A program made the position numbers and the translations under genes. Shown here one piece after another: positions 57,263 through 64,000 of a stretch of 64,000 nt of DNA. The notes under the pieces were generated by a model that was given only the letters and a program-made list of their open reading frames with translations, ran no database searches and was not told the origin of the DNA. The DNA comes from Gemmatimonadaceae bacterium. Its GTDB lineage: Bacteria; Gemmatimonadota; Gemmatimonadetes; Gemmatimonadales; Gemmatimonadaceae. How positions within the stretch are numbered: position 1 is the first letter of the stretch; each line of letters opens with the position of its first letter. Where the stretch lies: the NCBI GenBank assembly GCA_045803545.1, contig JBJMOW010000005.1, positions 736,001 through 800,000 on the forward strand. Reading direction: 5' to 3'.

Positions 57263-57976
57263 GTGACAGAACCCAGCGCCGCCGAGCGCGTTCTCGTCGT
57301 CGACGACGAGCCGGATATCGTCGCGCTCGTCGCGTACCACTTGGCCAAATCAGGATACGCAGTTTCCACAGCGGCCAGCGGGTCGGAAGGACTGATCGCG
57401 GCGCGTCGAGAAAAGCCCTCACTGATCGTTCTCGACCTGATGCTCCCCGGACTATCCGGCCTCCAGGTGATGGAGGAGCTGCGCTCGGATCCGTCCACAT
57501 CGAGCATTGCAGTGCTGATGCTTACCGCCCGGCGTGAGGAGAGCGATCGCATCAAAGGGCTCACCATGGGCGCCGACGACTACCTCACCAAGCCATTCAG
57601 CCCGCAGGAGCTGGTGCTCCGCGTCGGAGCCATCCTGCGTCGCCTCAAAGTCGGTCGCGCAGATTCTGAAGACGTGAAACAGGTTGGGCCATTGAGAATC
57701 GACAGCACCGCGCATCGCGTAACGGTTGATGGTCGCGAGGTCGACCTTACCCCGACCGAGTTCAAGCTGCTCCACCTGCTTGCCGAGCGGAAAGGTCGGG
57801 TGCAGCCGCGAAACCTGCTGCTGGAGATTGTGTGGGAAGCCGCGCCCGACATTCAGACGCGAACGGTCGACATGCACGTGCAGCGCTTGCGCGCTAAACT
57901 CGGCGCCGCCGGTGATCTGATCGAGACCGTGCGAGGGTTCGGCTACCGGATCAGGAACGTAAGCGAACGCACGTGA
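57263..57976 (+). CDS. phoB: Phosphate regulon response regulator (OmpR/PhoB family)
   Basis: VDDE, LDLMLP, GADDY.TKPFS, LTPTEFKLL and TRTVDMHVQRLR.KL...IETVRGFGY motifs. Upstream of phoR-pstS. Confidence 0.88.
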   Translation: MTEPSAAERVLVVDDEPDIVALVAYHLAKSGYAVSTAASGSEGLIAARREKPSLIVLDLMLPGLSGLQVMEELRSDPSTSSIAVLMLTARREESDRIKGLTMGADDYLTKPFSPQELVLRVGAILRRLKVGRADSEDVKQVGPLRIDSTAHRVTVDGREVDLTPTEFKLLHLLAERKGRVQPRNLLLEIVWEAAPDIQTRTVDMHVQRLRAKLGAAGDLIETVRGFGYRIRNVSERT

Positions 57977-59679
57977 AGCTGGCGCACCGGCTGTTGCTTC
58001 AGTCGCTGGCAATCGTAGCGGTGATGGTGATCGCGGTGGTGCTGATCATCGACAACCAGCTTCACAACAACATCACCGATCAGACGACGCAGGACCTTGC
58101 CGGCGAGGCCCGACTCGTCGCACTGCAGTGGAAACCCGCGGCAAATGCTGACTCCGTCGCCGACAATGCGGGGGAGGCCACAGGTCACCGCATCACGCTG
58201 ATCGATAGCACCGGCCACGTCATCGGCGATTCCGACTTCGACGGGCCGGCCTTGCAAGCTCTGGAAAATCATAGCGCTCGTCCCGAAGTAGTCGTCGCGC
58301 GCGCGAGTGGCATGGGCTCGAGCAGACGCATGAGCCCGTCGACGGGCGAAGAGCAGCTCTACGTGGCAGTGAGGGCTCCGTTCGGATTTGCGCGCGTGTC
58401 GGTGACGACCAAAAAGGTCGAGGAGCTCTTCGAGCGCGCGCGGCGCGGCGTTTTGTTGGCCGGTGCAATTTCATTCCTGCTGGCGGCTATTCTCGCAGGC
58501 CTGTTTGCACGCTCGGTGTCCCGGCCCATCACCGATCTCCGCGATGTCGCGCGCTCGATAGCTGCCGGCGAGCGGAAGTTGCACCCTGCCCTCGCCGCGC
58601 CGGGCGAGGTCGGAGATCTCGCCGATGCAATTCACCGACTCGCCGAGCAGCTCGAAGCGAGGTTGACCGCGCTCGATATGGAGCAGGCAAGACTGTCCGC
58701 GCTCGTCGAGACTCTTAATGAAGGCGTGATGGCGATCTCGCCCCAGCATCGGGTCGAGCGGATCAATGACACCGGTCGTCGACTGCTCTCGATCAACGCC
58801 CGCGTTCCTTTCGGGATGGATTATCTCCCGCGTGAAGCCACACTGCGAAATGCAATCACGCGTGCCCTCGAGGGCACCGAGACCGAGCCCGAGGAAATCA
58901 TGCTCGGGGACCGGACACTCTCACTTACGGCGAAACCCCTCACGAACGGCGGTGCCGTAGTGGCATTGTTCGATCTGACACCCATTCGCAGGCTCGAGGC
59001 GGTGCGTCGCGATTTCGTTGCGAATGTATCTCATGAGCTGCGCACACCACTCACGATCGTCGGCGGATTCGCCGAGACGCTGCAGGATCCGGACATCCCA
59101 CCGGAACGGCGTGCTGAGTTCGCGCGTACGATCTTCAACAACACCCGTCGCATGCAGCGGATTGTCGACGAGCTGCTCGATCTGTCGCGGATCGAATCGG
59201 GTCACTGGCAACCGCGACCGCAGGCGGTCCGCGTCGCCGACGTCGCGGCGGAAGTATTTGGCCGCCTCGGCCAGCTCGCGCGCGAAAAGGGCATAACACT
59301 CGATACCCGAATAGAGGCTGAGTCAGCGGTCATCCAGGCCGATCGAACAGCGCTCGAGCAAATCGCGTTCAATCTCGTCGAGAATGCCATTCGCCATACG
59401 GCTTCGGCTGGGAGCATATCGATCGAGACAAGGCGCGAAGGCCAATTCATCGCCTTTTCGGTGCGCGACACCGGCTCGGGAATTCCAGTTGCGCACCTGC
59501 CACGAATATTCGAGCGGTTTTATCGCGCTGATGCCGGACGTTCCCGCGAAGCAGGTGGAACGGGCCTCGGCCTCGCTATCGTGAAGCATCTCGTCGAGAC
59601 GCATGGCGGCACCGTCGGAGCCGACAGTATCGAGGGCAAAGGCACGACCATCAAAGTGCTTTTCCCGAGCAGCGACTGA
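57973..59679 (+). CDS. phoR: Phosphate regulon sensor kinase
   Basis: Two TM helices, ENHSARPEV periplasmic motif, HAMP, PAS, RRDFVANVSHELRTPLT and RIFERFYRAD.GRSRE.GGTGLGL. Confidence 0.9.
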   Translation: MKLAHRLLLQSLAIVAVMVIAVVLIIDNQLHNNITDQTTQDLAGEARLVALQWKPAANADSVADNAGEATGHRITLIDSTGHVIGDSDFDGPALQALENHSARPEVVVARASGMGSSRRMSPSTGEEQLYVAVRAPFGFARVSVTTKKVEELFERARRGVLLAGAISFLLAAILAGLFARSVSRPITDLRDVARSIAAGERKLHPALAAPGEVGDLADAIHRLAEQLEARLTALDMEQARLSALVETLNEGVMAISPQHRVERINDTGRRLLSINARVPFGMDYLPREATLRNAITRALEGTETEPEEIMLGDRTLSLTAKPLTNGGAVVALFDLTPIRRLEAVRRDFVANVSHELRTPLTIVGGFAETLQDPDIPPERRAEFARTIFNNTRRMQRIVDELLDLSRIESGHWQPRPQAVRVADVAAEVFGRLGQLAREKGITLDTRIEAESAVIQADRTALEQIAFNLVENAIRHTASAGSISIETRREGQFIAFSVRDTGSGIPVAHLPRIFERFYRADAGRSREAGGTGLGLAIVKHLVETHGGTVGADSIEGKGTTIKVLFPSSD

Positions 59680-59689
59680 CTGCACAGTC

Positions 59690-59728
59690 GTGACAAATCC
59701 TTTACGTAGGATGTGATCGACCGTGACG
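59690..59728. promoter_or_regulatory. PHO-box-like 11-bp-period repeats upstream of pstS
   Basis: GTGAC at 59690, TTTAC at 59701, GTGAT at 59713 (one base off phase), GTGAC at 59723. Confidence 0.55.
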
Positions 59729-59777
59729 TGAACGGGAGAGTTTAAGCGCGACAATAAACCTCCCTCACGGAGCACAA

Positions 59778-60833
59778 GTGATCAAAACCGTTCGCAGCAT
59801 TGCTGTCGCTTTTTCTGCGACAGCGCTTCTCTCAGGTATTGCCGCAGCGCAATCAGTCGATCTGACGGGAGCGGGCGCGACGTTCCCATATCCGATCTAC
59901 TCGAAGTGGTTTGCCGACTACGCACAGAGCACCGGCGTCAAAATCAATTACCAGTCGATCGGGTCGGGTGGCGGGATTCGCCAGCTATCCGAACAGACCG
60001 TCGACTTCGGCGCGTCAGACAGCCCCATGAGCGATCAGGAACTGGCCGGCGCCAAGGGTGGTACAGTGCTGCACTTCCCCACGGTAATGGGCGCCGTCGT
60101 CATCACCTATAACGTTCCGGGCATCACCAAGCCAATCAATCTCAGCGGCGAAATTATCGCCGATATCTTCACCGGGAAGGTCACCAAGTGGAATGATGCG
60201 CAGATTGTCGCACAGAACCGCGGGGTGACTCTTCCCAACTCTGACATTCTCGTCGTGCACCGCTCCGATGGCAGCGGCACGACATACATCTTCAGCGATT
60301 ACCTCACTGCGGTCAGCCCCTCCTGGTCGGGCACACTCGGCAAGGGCAAGGAGATCAAGTGGCCGGTCGGACTGGGCGGTAAGGGCAACGAAGGTGTCGC
60401 TGGTCAGGTGAAGCAGATACCAGGCTCGATTGGATACGTCGAACTCGCGTACGCGAAGCAGAACAAGCTGCCGTATGCCAATGTGCGCAACGCACAGGGC
60501 CGCTATGTTACTCCGACAATTGCGTCGGTAAGCGCGGCTGCCGCCGGCGTGAAGCTGCCGAAGAACACCGACTATCGTGTTTCGATCGTCAACGCTCCGG
60601 GCAAGGATTCATATCCCATCTCTTCCATGACATGGATACTCGTATACCAGAATCAGCTCGACCGAGTGAAGGGGCAGAAGTTGATTGACTTCCTGCGCTG
60701 GGCGTACACCAGCGGCGAGAAGTCGGCAGAGTCTCTCGACTACGCTCCGCTGCCGGCAGCAATGCGCGCGAACCTCGAGAAGCGCCTCGCCACGATTACC
60801 GTCGCGGGCAAGCCGGTTGGAGCAGCTCGATGA
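59778..60833 (+). CDS. pstS: Phosphate ABC transporter substrate-binding protein (Sec signal peptide)
   Basis: GAGATFPYP, YQSIGSGGG, DFGASD, HRSDGSGTT and GYVELAYA motifs. Confidence 0.96.
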   Translation: MIKTVRSIAVAFSATALLSGIAAAQSVDLTGAGATFPYPIYSKWFADYAQSTGVKINYQSIGSGGGIRQLSEQTVDFGASDSPMSDQELAGAKGGTVLHFPTVMGAVVITYNVPGITKPINLSGEIIADIFTGKVTKWNDAQIVAQNRGVTLPNSDILVVHRSDGSGTTYIFSDYLTAVSPSWSGTLGKGKEIKWPVGLGGKGNEGVAGQVKQIPGSIGYVELAYAKQNKLPYANVRNAQGRYVTPTIASVSAAAAGVKLPKNTDYRVSIVNAPGKDSYPISSMTWILVYQNQLDRVKGQKLIDFLRWAYTSGEKSAESLDYAPLPAAMRANLEKRLATITVAGKPVGAAR

Positions 60834-62002
60834 AGCTTACTCGCGCAGTTCTCTTCCTGGTCGCGCCGGTTGCGTTGGCAGCGCAGCAGCCGACCCCCGA
60901 CACGACCAAGCCGGCATCACCGCCGCCTGCGCAAGCGCCGGCCACCGTCTCGATCCCGGTTGATTTCTCCGGGGTGTTGTACGCGAACTTTCAGTATCGC
61001 GGGGATGCCGGCGCGGCGAAGGCTTTCAACAAGTTCGATCTGGAGCGTGCTTACCTGACCTTCAGAATGCCGGCAGGTGATCGCGCCAGCATTCGCATCA
61101 CTGCAGACGTCTTCCAGCAACAGACGGCGCCGAACGACTCTTACTACAGAGGTTGGGTAGTTCGCGCCAAGTACGCGTACCTCCAGTACGATCTGATCAA
61201 GAGCTCGACGTGGAATGCGAACATTCGCGGCGGGCTGCTTCACAACGTCGTCATCGATCACATGGAGCAGTTCTGGCCGCGCTGGCTTTCGCAGACGCCG
61301 GTCGAGCGCAACGGCTGGTTCGCTTCGTCCGACGCTGGAGTCGCGACGACGCTGAGCTTCCCCAACAAGCTTGGCGAGTTCTACGCGAATGTCGTCAATG
61401 GACCGGGGTACACTTCCCGCGAGACGGATCGATTCAAGGACTATGCGGCAAGACTGACCCTTACCCCGCTGGGCAATTCGGACAACAAGATCCTCAAGAC
61501 GTTCGCGCTGACCGGCTATAGCTATATAGGCGCGGTGGCCAGCTCGTTCGCCGCCGGCGGAGCGGGGCAGATCGGACCCGTTGGTTCATCGCTCCCGCGC
61601 ACACGCGCTGGAGTATTTGCCGGAGTACGCGATCCGCGGCTGTCTGCAGGGGTGGAGTGGGACACTCGCAAGGACGCGAGAGAGACCGGTGCAAATACCG
61701 TTGTCGCGCCGCGTGTCGAGGTCGACTCGACCGGCAGACTGATTGCCGGCTTCGCCCTCGTCAAACCATTTCAGTTGCTCAATGACAAGTCGACCTTCCC
61801 GCTCGGTCTCGTCGGACGATGGGATCGGTTTAAGCCGAACACGGATCTGGATGGCTACATCAACATCGTTATCGGCGGACTGACCTGGGACCTCAATAAG
61901 AAAGCGGCCCTGTCGCTCGATTATCAGGAGCAAACACCGCACAGCGGCGCGGTGATAGCCGCGACGAAGACTTACTTCCTGCACATGGTAGCAAACTTCT
62001 AG
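60830..62002 (+). CDS. Outer-membrane beta-barrel protein, probable phosphate porin
   Basis: Signal peptide, F.LERAYL, KYAYLQY, amphipathic strands and a terminal Phe. Located between two pstS genes. Confidence 0.72.
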   Translation: MKLTRAVLFLVAPVALAAQQPTPDTTKPASPPPAQAPATVSIPVDFSGVLYANFQYRGDAGAAKAFNKFDLERAYLTFRMPAGDRASIRITADVFQQQTAPNDSYYRGWVVRAKYAYLQYDLIKSSTWNANIRGGLLHNVVIDHMEQFWPRWLSQTPVERNGWFASSDAGVATTLSFPNKLGEFYANVVNGPGYTSRETDRFKDYAARLTLTPLGNSDNKILKTFALTGYSYIGAVASSFAAGGAGQIGPVGSSLPRTRAGVFAGVRDPRLSAGVEWDTRKDARETGANTVVAPRVEVDSTGRLIAGFALVKPFQLLNDKSTFPLGLVGRWDRFKPNTDLDGYINIVIGGLTWDLNKKAALSLDYQEQTPHSGAVIAATKTYFLHMVANF

Positions 62003-62039
62003 GAAGTAGCTCCCGCGGTTTGCATGCCTCCGCTCGGTT

Positions 62040-62056
62040 GTGACAATGTCGTTACC
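62040..62056. promoter_or_regulatory. PHO-box-like repeat upstream of the second pstS
   Basis: GTGACA-ATGTC-GTTACC, 11-bp period. Confidence 0.5.
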
Positions 62057-62140
62057 CGGCATTGGACATAACCGATCGGGGGCATTCCTATTTTTCAGCG
62101 CAAGCCAGCGCACACCCTTCAATCGACCCAGGAGCATTCG

Positions 62141-63214
62141 ATGAGAGCCACGAATCTCGCCGCCCTCATTCTGTTGATCGCCGCTTGCGGTAAGGAAAGC
62201 GCGAACAACTCTTCCACAGCATCGTCCACCAGCTCCGGCGGATCCGTCGACTTGACCGGTGCCGGCGCGACCTTCCCATATCCGATCTATTCCAAATGGT
62301 TTGCCGACTACGCCAGGCAAACGGGTGTGAAGATCAATTATCAGTCGATCGGCTCCGGCGGAGGAATCCGACAGCTCTCGGAGCAGACGGTCGACTTCGG
62401 CGCCTCAGACAGCCCGATGTCTGACGACGATTTGGCGAACGCCAAAGGCGGTCCGGTGCTGCACATCCCGACAGTACTCGGCGCGGTCGTCATCACCTAC
62501 AACCTTCCCGGACTCGCGGCGCCGATCAACCTTACTTCGAATGCGATCGCCGACATCTTCGCGGGCAAAATCACCAAGTGGAGTGACACGCGGATTGGCT
62601 CGCTCAATCCCGGAGTCAGGCTGCCGTCGACGGATATTCTGGTCGTTCATCGCTCGGACGGAAGCGGCACGACGTTCATCTTCACGGATTACCTGAGCAA
62701 AGCAGTACCGGCGTGGAACTCGAGCATCGGGAAAGGAAAGGAAGTGAGGTGGCCGGTTGGATTAGGGGCCAAAGGAAACGAAGGCGTCGCCGGTCAGGTC
62801 AAACAGACTCCTGGCGCAGTGGGGTACGTCGAGCTCGCGTACGCGAAGCAGAACAACCTTCCGTTCGCCGCGATCACCAACAAGTCAGGCAAGAACGTTC
62901 TCGCTTCGGTTGCAGGCGTGACCGCAGCCGCAGCGGGAGCCGCCCAAACGCTTCCCGCTAACACCGATTATCGCCTTTCGATCGTCGACGCGCCGGGCGC
63001 TGACTCTTATCCGATCTCCTCGTTCACGTGGATTCTCGCGTATCAGCATCAGCGCGACGCGGCGAAGGGCAAGAAGCTGGTCGACTTTCTGAACTGGGCG
63101 CTCACGACAGGAGAGGGTGAAGCGTCGGCGCTCGACTACGCACCGCTCCCGGCCGACATGGCGGCAAAAGTTAAGGCGCGGCTCGCGACGATTACCATCG
63201 CCGAGGCGAAGTGA
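62141..63214 (+). CDS. pstS: Phosphate ABC transporter substrate-binding lipoprotein
   Basis: Lipobox IAAC, Ser-rich linker, and the same PstS motifs as 59778-60833. Confidence 0.96.
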   Translation: MRATNLAALILLIAACGKESANNSSTASSTSSGGSVDLTGAGATFPYPIYSKWFADYARQTGVKINYQSIGSGGGIRQLSEQTVDFGASDSPMSDDDLANAKGGPVLHIPTVLGAVVITYNLPGLAAPINLTSNAIADIFAGKITKWSDTRIGSLNPGVRLPSTDILVVHRSDGSGTTFIFTDYLSKAVPAWNSSIGKGKEVRWPVGLGAKGNEGVAGQVKQTPGAVGYVELAYAKQNNLPFAAITNKSGKNVLASVAGVTAAAAGAAQTLPANTDYRLSIVDAPGADSYPISSFTWILAYQHQRDAAKGKKLVDFLNWALTTGEGEASALDYAPLPADMAAKVKARLATITIAEAK

Positions 63215-64000
63215 CCGCAGTTTCCGCAGAGTGGGTCGAGAACGATCGACGCCACCTTCGCGTCGAGCAATCCGCAATTGGTGACAAGATCTATGGAATC
63301 GTCACCGCTGGTTGCGCGCTCGTCGTCCCCGCGATTGTGGTGGCGATTGCGATTGCCATTTTCGCAGCGGCGTGGCCGGCGTTCGCGAAGCTTGGTTTGT
63401 CGATTCTCACCTCCAGCGACTGGGACGTCGCCAACGGACACTTCGGCGCCGCTCCCGCAATCTTCGGTACTCTCGTCTCTTCGGCCGTCGCACTGGTAAT
63501 CGCGACACCGCTGGCAGTCGGCGTAGCAATTTTTCTCTCCGAGTTTTCTCCCGCGTGGCTCCGATCACCGGTGGCGTTTCTTGTCGACCTGCTGGCCGCG
63601 ATCCCGAGCGTCGTCTACGGGCTCTGGGGAATCTTTGTCCTGATTCCGATCATGCGCGACCATGTGATGCGCTTCATGCGTGACACGCTGCACCTCGGAG
63701 GGACGCCGTTGTTCACCGGACCGGCATATGGACCAAGTATGCTGACCGCCGGGGTCATTCTCGCAATCATGTGCCTCCCGAGCATCTCGGCTGTCTCACG
63801 CGAAGTGTTGCTGGCGGTACCGAGGTCGCAGCGCGAGGCCGCGCTCGCATTGGGTGCGACTCGCTGGGAGATGATCAGAGACGCGGTGATTCCGTTCGCT
63901 CGATCCGGAATCGTCGGAGGAATCATCCTCGGTCTCGGCCGGGCTCTCGGTGAGACGATGGCAGTGACGATGGTGATCGGTAACCGTCCCGAGATCTCGG
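63211..64000 (+). CDS. pstC: Phosphate ABC transporter permease PstC (partial, runs off window)
   Basis: Frame from GTG 63211 (GTGA overlap): MTAVSAEW...FGAAPAIFGTL...LLAAIPSVVYGLWG...EAALALGATRWE...GRALGETMAVTMVIGN. Not in the ORF track. Confidence 0.94.
   Translation, partial: MTAVSAEWVENDRRHLRVEQSAIGDKIYGIVTAGCALVVPAIVVAIAIAIFAAAWPAFAKLGLSILTSSDWDVANGHFGAAPAIFGTLVSSAVALVIATPLAVGVAIFLSEFSPAWLRSPVAFLVDLLAAIPSVVYGLWGIFVLIPIMRDHVMRFMRDTLHLGGTPLFTGPAYGPSMLTAGVILAIMCLPSISAVSREVLLAVPRSQREAALALGATRWEMIRDAVIPFARSGIVGGIILGLGRALGETMAVTMVIGNRPEIS

Overview
High-GC bacterial chromosomal segment. Gene content and protein style resemble Gemmatimonadota, but this is an inference. I found no integrase, transposase, prophage or CRISPR array. 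Left to right: (1) 1-20.3 kb is a signalling and surface region with a PLP decarboxylase, a LuxR-family ATPase regulator, an orphan BcsA-like synthase with two PilZ domains, an erythromycin-esterase-family protein, two divergent H-box proteins lacking a kinase ATPase domain, MscL, a HEAT-repeat/HD-GYP pair, a type IV pilin, MarR, tRNA-Lys and two histidine kinases. (2) 20.3-34 kb is a PQQ/lanthanide respiratory module: YncD/PqqU-like TonB receptor, FNT channel, an operon xoxF-like dehydrogenase - xoxJ-like - cytochrome c - caa3 oxidase II/I/III - membrane protein - CtaG::cytochrome c fusion, and divergent PQQ-system binding protein and beta-propeller genes. (3) An ECF sigma/anti-sigma/2x DUF4097 operon. 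(4) Housekeeping genes ffh-rpsP-rimM-trmD-rplS-rnhB-purE-purK, lon, pilD, a TrmH-family methyltransferase, an M48 peptidase and thiD. (5) A nucleotide-scavenging operon (tandem phosphoesterase, small beta-grasp-like protein, add, PNP) divergent from phoB-phoR-pstS-porin-pstS-pstC, with 11-bp-period PHO-box-like repeats. The best candidates for novelty are the apparently membrane-tethered lanthanide/PQQ oxidase module with a candidate PQQ-scavenging receptor, the ATPase-less H-box pair, the orphan tandem-PilZ synthase, and an N-terminal domain shared by the HEAT and HD-GYP proteins. All family calls come from motif recognition by eye; no database search was run.
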